From a bacterium (lineage in GTDB: Bacteria; Patescibacteriota; Minisyncoccia; Phycocordibacterales; UBA918): a stretch of DNA of 64,000 bases. The stretch lies in assembly GCA_043719295.1 (NCBI GenBank), contig JAYSUD010000001.1, forward strand, positions 189,799 through 253,798. Reading direction: 5' to 3'. Below the pieces are notes generated by a model. It was given only the letters and a program-made list of their open reading frames with translations, was not told where the DNA came from and searched no databases. Shown here piece after piece: positions 29,896 to 39,788 of this stretch; positions within the stretch are counted from its first letter, which is position 1; each line of letters starts with the position of its first letter. A program made the translations under genes and the position numbers.

Positions 29896-30558
29896 ATGAC
29901 TGTAGAAATTGAAAAATCGTGGAAAGCTCATCTTCACAATGAGTTTGAGCAAGAGTATTTTAAAAAACTCTCGCTTTTAGTACGAAATGCGTATCTTAAT
30001 GGAACCGTGTTCCCTCCTCCACAACAAGTCTTTAACGCATTTACAAAATGTCCGTTTGAAGATGTGCAGGTTGTAATCTTAGGACAAGATCCGTACCATG
30101 GACCACACCAAGCCCACGGACTTTCTTTTTCAGTACCAAACGGAGTTCCACTTCCTCCGTCACTTCAAAATATTTACAAAGAGCTTGAGAAAGATCTTGG
30201 TATAGAAATTCCAAAGTCAGGCAATCTTGAACGTTGGGCAGAACAAGGGGTACTCCTTCTCAATGCAACACTAACCGTTGAAGCGGGCAAAGCTGGGTCT
30301 CATCAAGGACTTGGTTGGGAACAGTTTACTGATGCGGTGATTAAAAAAATTGGAGAAGAAAAAGAACATGTGGTTTTTTTGCTCTGGGGTAAATATGCGC
30401 AAGAAAAAGGAGCACATATTGATACAACCAAGCACTTAGTCTTAGCCGCCGCCCACCCTTCCCCATTTTCTGCGTACAACGGCTTTTTCGGTTGCCGCCA
30501 TTTCAGCAAGACCAATATGTATCTAAAAAAACAAAAAATGCTACCCATTAATTGGTAG
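29896..30558 (+). CDS. ung: uracil-DNA glycosylase (family 1)
   Basis: GQDPYHGPHQAHGLSFSV and HPSPFSA motifs. Confidence 0.9.
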   Translation: MTVEIEKSWKAHLHNEFEQEYFKKLSLLVRNAYLNGTVFPPPQQVFNAFTKCPFEDVQVVILGQDPYHGPHQAHGLSFSVPNGVPLPPSLQNIYKELEKDLGIEIPKSGNLERWAEQGVLLLNATLTVEAGKAGSHQGLGWEQFTDAVIKKIGEEKEHVVFLLWGKYAQEKGAHIDTTKHLVLAAAHPSPFSAYNGFFGCRHFSKTNMYLKKQKMLPINW

Positions 30559-31282
30559 CACTAAGTTTTGCTGATTGTTGTATAAGTTGAAGTAATTCAA
30601 GCAGCTCTGAATCTTGGATTTTGGTACTATCGAGTTTATCTATAGGGAGTGAGTTTTCAAAATCAAAATCTTCTCCTGCTGCACTAAACAGTGGATTGCT
30701 ACCATCTTGATTACAAGTTATTTTGATACCTTTACTCCATTTTAAAACAAGTTCGTTAATTGGCGTGAAGTACCCTTCAGGAAGACCTTCTTCGTCATCC
30801 TTCATTTTGTTAAAAACTGATTCTGATATACCTGGAAAAACAAGTACTTCTTTCTCTTCACCATAGCGTAAACTCAATGCCAGACTTATGCTTCTGATTT
30901 TATCTACAACCTGCTCCTTATTTTGAATACTTTCAGGACTTGCAGTTATTGGTAAATTATTATGATATGCAAGTACTCCATCAATAAAAGATGGCCAGGA
31001 TTCTTCTTGTAAAATTGTATTATCAGCAAGTAGTAGTTGCGGAAGTGTTGCGACACCAGACTCCAAGACGGTTTTCATTGTGGCTGCAATTTCTATCCAT
31101 GAAGATTTTTGGGGTAGCTTTAATATAGAAGCTATACTATCTCGCATCTTCCAGAATAAAGTTGCAAGTTCAGTCTCCGACAAGGATTCATCACTCCGTA
31201 ACATCCGTGCAAAACGGTGAAATGAAGTCTTTGGTGTTTCTGATATTACTTCTTGTGAGGTTGGTTTAATTGTTTCTGTCAT
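30548..31282 (-). CDS. hypothetical protein (244 aa)
   Basis: ORF only. Confidence 0.4.
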   Translation of the reverse strand: MTETIKPTSQEVISETPKTSFHRFARMLRSDESLSETELATLFWKMRDSIASILKLPQKSSWIEIAATMKTVLESGVATLPQLLLADNTILQEESWPSFIDGVLAYHNNLPITASPESIQNKEQVVDKIRSISLALSLRYGEEKEVLVFPGISESVFNKMKDDEEGLPEGYFTPINELVLKWSKGIKITCNQDGSNPLFSAAGEDFDFENSLPIDKLDSTKIQDSELLELLQLIQQSAKLSATN

Positions 31283-31306
31283 ATATCAAAAGTATATCAG
31301 AGACAT

Positions 31307-31768
31307 TTAGATTCCTTTACAGTTACTTGCTGGTGAGTACCCACTCTTCATCGCATCTTCTTTTGAAGCGAAAAAGAGCTTATTTTCTTCACTTATTTGC
31401 TTGGCGCCAGGGCATGAAAGTAAGTGGTACTTTGTTCCCTTCCTTGAGCCAACAAACGCTGCATTTTCTGCAGTTATTGGTGTGGGTGCAACAACAGACG
31501 TATTGGCTACTTTTTCTTGTTCTGCGGGGTTTTTTGAACTTGTAGAAGCTGTTTTAGAGTTAGGATTACCTCCGATTGCACCAAGTGAAGCACTCTGGTT
31601 AACAGTAATTGCACCTGGCACTGCTTTTTCTAAAGAAGTAGTCATTGACCACCTTCCAAGCCCAAAAGAGATGACGCCAACAAGTAGAATGATAGTCCCG
31701 TAGTAGAAACCATCGTCTTTGAGTACATACTTGAATTTATCCCACATTTCTTGTATACTATCGGCCAT
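31307..31768 (-). CDS. membrane-anchored protein with a C-terminal Ada-N-like (metal-binding fold) motif
   Basis: One TM helix, a Ser/Thr/Pro-rich linker, and a C-terminal YHLLSCPGAKQISEENKLFFASKEDAMKSGYSPASNCKG resembling the Ada N-terminal Zn-domain pattern. Start taken at MADSIQ. Confidence 0.4.
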   Translation of the reverse strand: MADSIQEMWDKFKYVLKDDGFYYGTIILLVGVISFGLGRWSMTTSLEKAVPGAITVNQSASLGAIGGNPNSKTASTSSKNPAEQEKVANTSVVAPTPITAENAAFVGSRKGTKYHLLSCPGAKQISEENKLFFASKEDAMKSGYSPASNCKGI

Positions 31769-31796
31769 TAACGCATATTTATTATAACGCACTTGT

Positions 31797-32081
31797 ATGT
31801 CAACAAAGAAAGCTGGAGGAACAGCCAAAAACCTGACCGATTCCAAGCCAAAGTATCTTGGAGTCAAAAAAGCTGATGGGCAGTTTGTAAAAACTGGTCA
31901 AATTATCGTACGTCAACGAGGAACAAAGATTGAAGCAGGAAAGAACGTAAAAGTTGGAACTGACCACACACTCTTTGCTATGACTGAAGGAAAAGTGTCA
32001 TTCAAGAATATCCGAAAAACTCGTTTTGATGGAAAAGTGCTCTCAAAGAAAGCGGTTGATGTTATTGCAGTTGCTGCATAA
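31797..32081 (+). CDS. rpmA: 50S ribosomal protein L27
   Basis: KKAGGTAKN...LGVKK...IIVRQRGTK...GKDHTLFA. Confidence 0.9.
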   Translation: MSTKKAGGTAKNLTDSKPKYLGVKKADGQFVKTGQIIVRQRGTKIEAGKNVKVGTDHTLFAMTEGKVSFKNIRKTRFDGKVLSKKAVDVIAVAA

Positions 32082-32088
32082 CGCATAT

Positions 32089-32140
32089 CAAAGGCACAAA
32101 AAAATCGCTTCCTTAGAAGCGATTTTTTTGTGCCTTTGTT
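32089..32140. terminator. bidirectional rho-independent terminator
   Basis: aaaggcacaaaaaaatcgcttc-ctta-gaagcgatttttttgtgccttt. Confidence 0.6.
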
Positions 32141-32280
32141 TTTAAATAGACATCTTTCAAAAGTGAGTGTAGGTGTGTTGGTTGGAAAGATTTTAACGAT
32201 AGAGCCGTATATTGGTATACGGTGACAGAGGCAAAATCTTGAAACCAATACAGATAGACCACTTTTGAAAGAAGTCTAAA

Positions 32281-33000
32281 TTACTCAGTTACTTCTCTCT
32301 GGATAGTAACCGATTCAATTACTACTGGTTCTGTTGGCAAATCGTTTGGTCCTGTCTGAACAGATTCAATTGCATCGACGATATCGAGTCCTTTAACAAC
32401 ATGACCAAACACTGGGTGCTTAGAGTCATTTGGATCTGGAACGTTAAAGTCTAATCTGCTGTTATCTCCTACGTTGATAAAGAATTGACTTCCTCCTGAG
32501 TTTGGCTGCCCTGTGTTCGCCATTGCAATTGAGCCACGAACGTTTGAAAGATTATCCGCTGCTACGAACTCATCTTGAATAGTGTATCCAGGTCCTCCTT
32601 GCCCATAACTTGATGTGTTTTCAGTTTTTGAGTTTGGATCTCCACCTTGGATCATAAATCCATCAATTACGCGGTGAAACTTTGTTCCGTTATAAAATCC
32701 TGATTCTGCGAGCTTTACAAAGTTACCAACAGTAATAGGCATCTGATCTTCAAAAAGTTCTAGTTCGAATGTTCCCTCACTTGTTTTAAATATTGCTTTT
32801 GGGTTCATGGTGTTTTTTGTTACTTGATTATCTGCTTTAAGTGCTTCAGGAGAAAGTGGAGCATCAAGCTCTTGTGTTTCATCTAAAAGCGGAAGCTCTG
32901 TTGATGTCGACTTACCACCAATCCACAACGACAATCCAACAACCAACACTGCACACACAAGGAATAGTAAGGTGACACTTTTGATATTAGTAGGATTCAT
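32281..33000 (-). CDS. cyclophilin-type peptidyl-prolyl cis-trans isomerase with an N-terminal signal/anchor
   Basis: FHRVIDGFMIQGGD and GSIAMAN motifs. Confidence 0.85.
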   Translation of the reverse strand: MNPTNIKSVTLLFLVCAVLVVGLSLWIGGKSTSTELPLLDETQELDAPLSPEALKADNQVTKNTMNPKAIFKTSEGTFELELFEDQMPITVGNFVKLAESGFYNGTKFHRVIDGFMIQGGDPNSKTENTSSYGQGGPGYTIQDEFVAADNLSNVRGSIAMANTGQPNSGGSQFFINVGDNSRLDFNVPDPNDSKHPVFGHVVKGLDIVDAIESVQTGPNDLPTEPVVIESVTIQREVTE

Positions 33001-33011
33001 ACAAACGGTTG

Positions 33012-33461
33012 TTATTTAGATTTTGGAATAAGTGTGATAGTAACTTCCCCTTTTTTACTTTCTAAGTGAAGCTCGATTTGATGTGCACCGAGTGTCTTGA
33101 TTGGATGCGCAATGCCCACATGTGAAGCCTCGATAGCACCATCAGCATGCTTGTTTATTGCCTCTACAACAGCATCCACTTTAAGTGATTGAAACATTGT
33201 CCCTTCCACATTAGCTTCAACTTCTATAGTAACTTCCTTTCCCTCAAGTGACTTCAAAAGTGACGTGAAGGCACTGGCTTCAATTTCTTTGTTCTGTGCG
33301 AGTGTCGCTGTGACATGTGCTATCTTTTTCATGTTTTCTGCTGTTGCAGCCTGTGCAAAACCTTTTGGAATAAGCTTATTTAAAGCAAAACCATCAGGCA
33401 CTACGACAATTTGTCCTCGACGACCAATCTTAGCAACATCTTTAATCAGAATAACTTTCAT
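33012..33461 (-). CDS. rplI: 50S ribosomal protein L9
   Basis: MKVILIKDVAKIGRRGQIVVVPDGFALNKLIP N-terminal domain. Confidence 0.85.
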   Translation of the reverse strand: MKVILIKDVAKIGRRGQIVVVPDGFALNKLIPKGFAQAATAENMKKIAHVTATLAQNKEIEASAFTSLLKSLEGKEVTIEVEANVEGTMFQSLKVDAVVEAINKHADGAIEASHVGIAHPIKTLGAHQIELHLESKKGEVTITLIPKSK

Positions 33462-33526
33462 ACACTCAATTTATACCAATAATTGCTTGAAACTATAGCA
33501 TATTTTGATGAAAATGAGGAAGACGC

Positions 33527-33853
33527 ATGATAGAATACTCGTACATGAATTATGAACGCCCTACGCAAAAATCTTTAGACACTATTCTTGCTTCGCTTGA
33601 TGGTTCAGTTAAAAAGGAGAAATTCTCTATTACTGTACAAAACAAATTGTGTGACGTATTCAAAGAAGATAGTACTTCCTGGACTGTGTATATCGAAGAT
33701 CGGGTACTTGCTGTTACTCTGCATGCTGATGGTATCTACCGCACACTTGATCATACTACCGGTGACAACGCAGACTTACAAACGCAAACAAGGCTATTTC
33801 CATTGGCAATAGAAGCAGTGAGGCTGTCAATTTCAAATCCTATTACACACTAA
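33527..33853 (+). CDS. hypothetical protein (108 aa)
   Basis: ORF preceded by a gaggaag Shine-Dalgarno (SD) sequence. First of three co-directional unknown genes. Confidence 0.45.
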   Translation: MIEYSYMNYERPTQKSLDTILASLDGSVKKEKFSITVQNKLCDVFKEDSTSWTVYIEDRVLAVTLHADGIYRTLDHTTGDNADLQTQTRLFPLAIEAVRLSISNPITH

Positions 33854-33962
33854 TGACAGTGTTCTCACTTAAAAGTACTATTTACTTTTAGTATATAATG
33901 TTGTATAAAATAGTTAGGCAGGATTTCCTGCAAAATAAACCAAGTATTGAGAGGATAGAGCT

Positions 33963-34247
33963 ATGCTTTACGTCCTGGGGTCTCTTCCTTGTCAGAAGAG
34001 AAAGATTAGTGTTGTGGTTGACTTCAACGGTTTTGATGCCGCAGAGGACATCATCTTGATTGAAGATGGGAATATTATAAAAGAATTTTCTTTTGATCAC
34101 ACAATGGTTCAGGGACCACTTCTTGAGGTTCTGGCACAAAAATACGTGTTCCAAACCATCTACGGCGGGGACTACGTAAAAGGACCATCCGACTTTGATC
34201 CTGTTCTTTTTTTCACTGGCTTGAAAGACGTGCTAACTCAAAGATAA
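33963..34247 (+). CDS. hypothetical protein (94 aa)
   Basis: ORF with a gagagga SD. Confidence 0.45.
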   Translation: MLYVLGSLPCQKRKISVVVDFNGFDAAEDIILIEDGNIIKEFSFDHTMVQGPLLEVLAQKYVFQTIYGGDYVKGPSDFDPVLFFTGLKDVLTQR

Positions 34248-34265
34248 CAAAAAACGAGGAGGTCA

Positions 34266-34898
34266 GTGATGACAACGATTTGCTTTGACAAAAAACGTGG
34301 CTGTATTTCTGTAGAATTAACGTACAACAACGGTAAAGACTTGTACCTTGTTGACGTCAAGCCAGATGTGGAGTCGAACAAATTTGATGCGGGCAATGTT
34401 CGTCGCCTTGACGGTAAAAAAGTCCCTGCAGACGAAAAAATCGTGCTCGAAATGCGAGCGGTAAAAGAGATGATGGAATATTTTGCTTCTCGACTGAAAC
34501 CTCCAGTGACACATCACACCGTTGATCTATCCATGCGGATTACGATCTCTTTTGTTATTACAATACTTCGGTACGATACACAAGAGATGCAGAAAGTGAC
34601 ACCGCTCGGAAACGATGATCTGATACTCTTGCAGCGTACAGGGCGTTCTTTGTCCGAAAGCATTAAAAAAGCTCAAATTGATAAAGTAAAAACTGGGCAC
34701 AAGCTTCCTCCATTGTACCTACAAAGTCTTAAGCGAGAAGCACTTCACGTACTTATGGTAGATCAGTATAAACGAGAATTCTATAGCTCAGTGTTGACAC
34801 GTGCTTTTGCATGGAAAGGAGGAAGGATTCCTGCAGAAGAATATGCTGAAGCACACAAATACCTCCCTGGAATCAAACTCGCATTCGATATTGAGTAA
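34266..34898 (+). CDS. hypothetical protein (210 aa)
   Basis: ORF with an aggagg SD. Followed by a ccccgg...ccgggg hairpin. Confidence 0.45.
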   Translation: MMTTICFDKKRGCISVELTYNNGKDLYLVDVKPDVESNKFDAGNVRRLDGKKVPADEKIVLEMRAVKEMMEYFASRLKPPVTHHTVDLSMRITISFVITILRYDTQEMQKVTPLGNDDLILLQRTGRSLSESIKKAQIDKVKTGHKLPPLYLQSLKREALHVLMVDQYKREFYSSVLTRAFAWKGGRIPAEEYAEAHKYLPGIKLAFDIE

Positions 34899-34974
34899 AG
34901 ACCTAGGAAGGTTAGAAAAGGGCCCCGGATTGAAAAACCGGGGTCAAATTATGTCTAGTGTGTACACATTATTA

Positions 34975-35670
34975 TTATTGAAAATCACTAAGCTGTTTGG
35001 CATCCTCAACTCTAAACACACCTATTTTTGTTCGACGGAGTTTCTGCATCGTAGCGGGGTAGCCTAGACGTTTCCCTAACTCTTTTGCAAGCGAACGAAT
35101 GTATACACCACTTTCTACATGAAAGCGTATGGCAATTACATATCGCTTTTTACCATCAATAATCTCCGCTTTATGAGCTAACAATTCTGCTTCGAGCACA
35201 ATCATTTCACGCTCTGGAACATCGGCAACTGTTTCCCCCATTGCTTCCGCTTCACGCGCACGTTTATACATTGGTTTTCCATCTTTTTTAATTGCACTAT
35301 ACGGAGATACAGGAAGAAATAGTGTTCCAACAAGAGATGCAACCGTACTAGTAATTTTTGAATCAGAAAAAACTTCCTCCACTTCGCATTCATCTACAAT
35401 AGGACCCTCAAGATCGTCGGTTGTCCTGCTTTCACCGACACGAACTTCCGTTATGTATTCTTTATCGAGCTTTATAAACTCCGTTAGTTTTTTAGTACCA
35501 CCCTCTACTCCTAAAATCATTAAACCAGACGCAAGTGGATCGAGGGTACCTGCATGACCAAACTTTTTAATTCCTGTTGTACGCCTAAGATCCCGAATGA
35601 CGTCAAACGATGTTATTCCTATTGGTTTATCAATTAACAGAATTTCTGGAATAGTATGAGTGCTTTGCAT
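34975..35670 (-). CDS. truB: tRNA pseudouridine(55) synthase
   Basis: LLIDKPIGITSFDV...GHAGTLDPLASG motif. Confidence 0.85.
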   Translation of the reverse strand: MQSTHTIPEILLIDKPIGITSFDVIRDLRRTTGIKKFGHAGTLDPLASGLMILGVEGGTKKLTEFIKLDKEYITEVRVGESRTTDDLEGPIVDECEVEEVFSDSKITSTVASLVGTLFLPVSPYSAIKKDGKPMYKRAREAEAMGETVADVPEREMIVLEAELLAHKAEIIDGKKRYVIAIRFHVESGVYIRSLAKELGKRLGYPATMQKLRRTKIGVFRVEDAKQLSDFQ

Positions 35671-35682
35671 TTGTATAGACTA

Positions 35683-36654
35683 CTATACCGTTACGTATGT
35701 TGCGAGTTTTATGACAAAAAACACAAAGAAGAGGAGCATCATAATTCCCTCCCATCGTAATACTTGTTTTGATAACCCGGTGACAAAGAAAATTGCCGAA
35801 GCTGCAATTAAGATAGGTAAACCTACAATCATAATAATTGGTTCAACGGTAAGTGGGGCTAGTAAGGCTGGAATTCCTGCAACAACAAGGATGTTGAATA
35901 CGTTCGAGCCAAATACGTTTCCTACTGCAAGCTCAACTTCCCCATCTTTAAGTGCGTGGAGTGACACAAAGAGTTCAGGCAACGATGCACCAATTGATAG
36001 CGCAGCAATAGAAATAAGCCCAACGGGTACTAAGAAAGCTGTGGCAATTGAAATGGTCATTATGACCGTATAGTGTGCTCCAACAAGGACACCTACAATA
36101 CCTATAACGATATACAATATCGATTTATAATCAATGTGAATATGCGCATGTTTTTTAGCGCGGACATTTTCAATATGTATTTTTTTTGCCTTTCTCGCTT
36201 CAGATAAGAGGTACCACGCAAAAACAGTAAACGTTGCAACAAGTAACCCCCCCTCGATACTATCTACAACACCATCATAGAGCATCACAATAAACAAGGC
36301 TGTTGCAATAAAAAATATGGGAAGCTCTGTCTTAATAAGTTCTTGATTAATATATATTCTGCCAGAAAAAATTGCTAAAAGTCCAACAATGAGGAGGATA
36401 TTAGTTACATTTGATCCAACGACACTTGCAATAACTACCTCAGGGCTTCCTTGAAAAACAGCAAAAATTGAAGACGCGAGTTCCGGTAAGGATGTGCCAA
36501 ATGCAACAATCAAAACACCGATGGTAAATTTTGAAAGACCATACGAGTTTCCAATGTGTTTTGCTCCTGTAAGAAAAAGTTCAGAACTTCGAACTAATAC
36601 AAAGAGTGCCGCACCTAAGTACGTTACTGAAAGGAGTATTGGTATAAGTGCCAT
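35683..36654 (-). CDS. Ca2+/cation antiporter (CaCA family, YrbG-like)
   Basis: Two alpha-repeat signatures, GTSLPEL and GNVFGSNVFNIL. Confidence 0.8.
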   Translation of the reverse strand: MALIPILLSVTYLGAALFVLVRSSELFLTGAKHIGNSYGLSKFTIGVLIVAFGTSLPELASSIFAVFQGSPEVVIASVVGSNVTNILLIVGLLAIFSGRIYINQELIKTELPIFFIATALFIVMLYDGVVDSIEGGLLVATFTVFAWYLLSEARKAKKIHIENVRAKKHAHIHIDYKSILYIVIGIVGVLVGAHYTVIMTISIATAFLVPVGLISIAALSIGASLPELFVSLHALKDGEVELAVGNVFGSNVFNILVVAGIPALLAPLTVEPIIMIVGLPILIAASAIFFVTGLSKQVLRWEGIMMLLFFVFFVIKLATYVTV

Positions 36655-36724
36655 ATGTAGGAGTATTCTACACCAATGGTGCGCCTATATAGTTTGGATT
36701 TATTCACAACTTTATAATAAGGAG

Positions 36725-37210
36725 TTATTGAGGTTCAATACTTGAAGGTAGGTGCATCAATAGTGGCTTTTTCTCAAGTGTTGCTAATTCCTTTTTACAA
36801 TCCTCGTAGTTTGGTACCTCTTGTGCTACTAATTTCCAAAAATAAGGACCGTGGTTGAGTTCTTGTAAGTGACAGAGTTCATGAATAATAATGTAGTCTT
36901 GCAGATGCGTCGGAAGAAATAAAATTTTGTAACTAAAGTTTAAGTTTTTAAGGGACGTACAACTTCCCCAACTTCTTGTAGTATTCCGGATAGCCACACG
37001 ATTGTAGGTAAAGCCATAGACACTATTCCATTGCTGTAGTTTTTGATGTATCAGAATTCGGGCTGACTCTTTATACTGTAGGTAGTGCGGTGTGACACTC
37101 GTTTTTCGTCTTCTCCGCACCCGTACTCTTTTTAATCGCCATTTCATAGTAAGTTCACCAGTATACCAAAAAGCAAAGGCAATGCCTTTGCTTTTTGGTA
37201 TTGAGTACAT
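36725..37210 (-). CDS. YgjP/DUF45 (M48-like) metal-dependent hydrolase; N-terminal boundary uncertain
   Basis: HELCHLQELNHGPYFW motif. The longer ORF, extending to 37312, runs into a family-2 repeat copy. Confidence 0.65.
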   Translation of the reverse strand: MYSIPKSKGIAFAFWYTGELTMKWRLKRVRVRRRRKTSVTPHYLQYKESARILIHQKLQQWNSVYGFTYNRVAIRNTTRSWGSCTSLKNLNFSYKILFLPTHLQDYIIIHELCHLQELNHGPYFWKLVAQEVPNYEDCKKELATLEKKPLLMHLPSSIEPQ

Positions 37211-37228
37211 ACCCACGTACAAGGCTTT

Positions 37229-37345
37229 CAGAAATGGATGCAAATTCGAGGCGTGCAAATAAAATGAACCGAGGCGTACGTATAGTACGACGAGGGTCAT
37301 TTTATGTAGCACAACGAAGAAGTTGCGCCATTTATGGAAGCCCTA
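37229..37345 (+). repeat. interspersed repeat family 2 copy (partial) that overlaps and supplies the stop codon of the 37343-38530 gene
   Basis: caaattcgaggcgtgcaaat...gaaccgaggcgtacgta...aacgaagaagttgcgccatttatggaagccctagttga. The same 3' block, gccatttata...gccctagttga, recurs at 51015-51050. Confidence 0.5.
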
Positions 37346-38530
37346 GTTGAAGGTGATAATATCTTCGATGTCATCCTCATCCTCATCCAACTCCTCTGCG
37401 ATAGCTTCGATAATCTCATCCTCATCGTCTGATGAAACTTTGATTCGTTTTGTTGTTCCATCTTCAAATTCAACTGTTGCAAGAGCTTGACCATCCTCAA
37501 TGTCAACTTTGATTTCTTCCATCTCTTGATACTCAAACTCGATGATGTCCTCAACTTCATCTTCATCAATATTAAGTTCATCTGCTACTTCTTCAATGAT
37601 TTCTGCCTCCTTGTCTTCTTCAATGGTAAATTCTTCATCGTCACCATTTTCATATTCTACTTCTACAGTAGCTTCCCCGTCTTCAATTGAAGCGACAATC
37701 GATTCAATTTGATCACTTTCATCATCCTCGTCTTCTTCTTCTTCATCCTCGTCTTCGTCTTCGTCTTCATCACTATTAGATGAAATAAATTCTATATGTG
37801 AAAGAATAGTTGCTTTAGATTGTCCAAGTGAAACAGCTACAGCATCGATAATTTTGAGTTTTGAGTCTCCAGCAACATCCAGAGTCTTTTTTGTACCGTC
37901 GGTGTAAATGATTTTTACATCAGCCTTACTTCCTGTATACGCCGCAGTAATTATTTTAAATCCAGAAGTATTTGGCGCTGTTACGGTAGGTGTTGTAACT
38001 GGCGTTGGATTTACCACTACTGGTGCTATTGGTACAACTGCACCCACAACAGGTTTCTTCTTAAGTACATCAACAGGATAGATATCGTTTGGATATGCTG
38101 CAAAGAATTCATTCAAGAGTGCCTTTGTTGCAGGACCTACAGCTCCGACCGGTTTAAGTCCAAATCGAGTTTGCAAATTCTTGATTGCCTCTTCAGTTTT
38201 CGGTCCAAATAACCCAGAAGATACTCCGTATGGATAGATTTCTTTGTCAGTTGCAAGTAGTTTTTGAATCTTCTTAATATCACTATTAGTTTCACCAAGA
38301 ACTATGTTTTGCGTTAAAACACTTTTTATCGAAGCCCCAAGTACTGTGGGTTGCGGTGCACCCCCTTGTACACTTGCAAGTTTTGCAAATTCTTCTCGGA
38401 GTGACTGTATCTCTTTAATAATAGCGTCCATTCGCACAAGAGAAGCTTGAACATCTGCAGCATGAGTTGATGGAGTTATTGCCACAACTAAAGCTACAGA
38501 GAAAATAAATAATGATAAGTAGTAACGCAT
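37343..38530 (-). CDS. secreted, highly acidic protein with a PG_binding_1-like domain and two repeated acidic modules
   Basis: Signal peptide, IKKIQKLLA...GLFGPKTEEAIKNLQTRFGL peptidoglycan-binding motif, DE-rich tracts, and the repeats TVEVEYENG...EEVADELNIDEDEVEDIIEF and TVEFEDG...IEAIAEELDEDEDDIEDIITF. Confidence 0.6.
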   Translation of the reverse strand: MRYYLSLFIFSVALVVAITPSTHAADVQASLVRMDAIIKEIQSLREEFAKLASVQGGAPQPTVLGASIKSVLTQNIVLGETNSDIKKIQKLLATDKEIYPYGVSSGLFGPKTEEAIKNLQTRFGLKPVGAVGPATKALLNEFFAAYPNDIYPVDVLKKKPVVGAVVPIAPVVVNPTPVTTPTVTAPNTSGFKIITAAYTGSKADVKIIYTDGTKKTLDVAGDSKLKIIDAVAVSLGQSKATILSHIEFISSNSDEDEDEDEDEEEEDEDDESDQIESIVASIEDGEATVEVEYENGDDEEFTIEEDKEAEIIEEVADELNIDEDEVEDIIEFEYQEMEEIKVDIEDGQALATVEFEDGTTKRIKVSSDDEDEIIEAIAEELDEDEDDIEDIITFN

Positions 38531-38675
38531 AGTGAAAAAGGGTTAATTTGGTATACCCCCTATTATACAGATACAAATTCGATAGCAAGAGGAGGTTGAG
38601 AACAGGATATCCTACACACAACAGAAAACCGCCAAAGGCGGTTTTCTTATGTATATGAGACTTGAGCTGACTGGT

Positions 38676-39788
38676 TTACGCAGCGTCTTCTGCATCTTCC
38701 AATTCATCTGCAGCATCTTTTGCCTTGTCTTCTGCTTCATCAGCTAAGTCCTCTGCTTCACTCCAGTCTTCGTCATCAAATGCATCTTCTGCATCTTCTA
38801 ACAGTTCTTTTGCGTCATCAAGCTTGTCTTGTGCGTCGTCTACATCTACATCATTGTTTGCATCATCGATATCTTCTTGTACAGCGTCAATTTCATCTTC
38901 TGCATCAGAAATTGCATCTTCTGCATCATCTTCTTCATTTGCGTCTTCGTCTTCATCAAGAGCATCGCCAAGTTCTTCTTTGATATCATCAACAAGTGCG
39001 TCTTCTACATCGTCTAGATCCATATCAAGTTCATCAGCTACCTCTTCAAGGACAGCAGATTGTGAAGTTGAACTGACAGTAACAGTGTAGTCGTCGTTGT
39101 CATAGTTGAAAGAAACAGTAGTTTTACCATTTTCGATTTCAACTTCTACTTCATACTCATCATCTTCATCTTCATCTTCGTCCTCGTCATCTTCATCTTC
39201 GTCCTCATCATCTTCATCTTCGTCCTCATCCTCATCTTCGTCTTTATCTTTGTCTTTCTTGTGATCTTTACAGAACAGTCCCCACGCACCTACTTTTTCC
39301 TGTTCACATAAATTTTTCTGAACTTTTTTTGCGATACCAGGTGCACGGAGTAATCCCTCGGGATATGTCTCACCAAATCTTGCCTTAAGATATTCTTCAA
39401 GCAGTTTTTTAGTATCACCGCTTACTTCACCAGTTGGAGCAAGTCCATTCTTCTTTTGGAAACGTTTTACCGCTTCCTTAGTAAGGGGTCCATAGTATCC
39501 AGTAATTTTTCCTTCTGGATAAATAGTTTGATCAGAAGCGAGTATTTCTTGAATTTTCTTGATGTCCGCATCACTCATTCCTTCTCTAAGACCATCTTTA
39601 AGTGTCTCACGTACTTCACCTTTAATCTTTGCAAGTTCAGCTCGGAGAACCTCAACTTGAGCCATTAATGACTTAAGCGTCTCTAAAAGAGACGATACAT
39701 TTGTTGTCGTGGTCGCTGCTTGTGCTTGTGGCGCCTGTACCATAACGCATAACGCGATGGCAAATACTATTCCTGCTAATTTTTTCAT
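38676..39788 (-). CDS. secreted, highly acidic protein with a PG_binding_1-like domain (paralog of 37343-38530)
   Basis: Signal peptide, coiled coil, IKKIQEILA...GYYGPLTKEAVKRFQKKNGL, a (DE)n run of about 45 residues, and the module TVSFNYDNDDYTVTV...LEEVADELDMDLDDVED. Confidence 0.6.
   Translation of the reverse strand: MKKLAGIVFAIALCVMVQAPQAQAATTTTNVSSLLETLKSLMAQVEVLRAELAKIKGEVRETLKDGLREGMSDADIKKIQEILASDQTIYPEGKITGYYGPLTKEAVKRFQKKNGLAPTGEVSGDTKKLLEEYLKARFGETYPEGLLRAPGIAKKVQKNLCEQEKVGAWGLFCKDHKKDKDKDEDEDEDEDEDDEDEDEDDEDEDEDEDDEYEVEVEIENGKTTVSFNYDNDDYTVTVSSTSQSAVLEEVADELDMDLDDVEDALVDDIKEELGDALDEDEDANEEDDAEDAISDAEDEIDAVQEDIDDANNDVDVDDAQDKLDDAKELLEDAEDAFDDEDWSEAEDLADEAEDKAKDAADELEDAEDAA

Noticed and set aside
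38725-39090. Ser-rich + strand ORFs (121 aa and others) inside the acidic protein gene
   Set aside because: These are antisense artefacts of the GAN-rich (Asp/Glu) coding repeats, which read as TCN (Ser) on the opposite strand.
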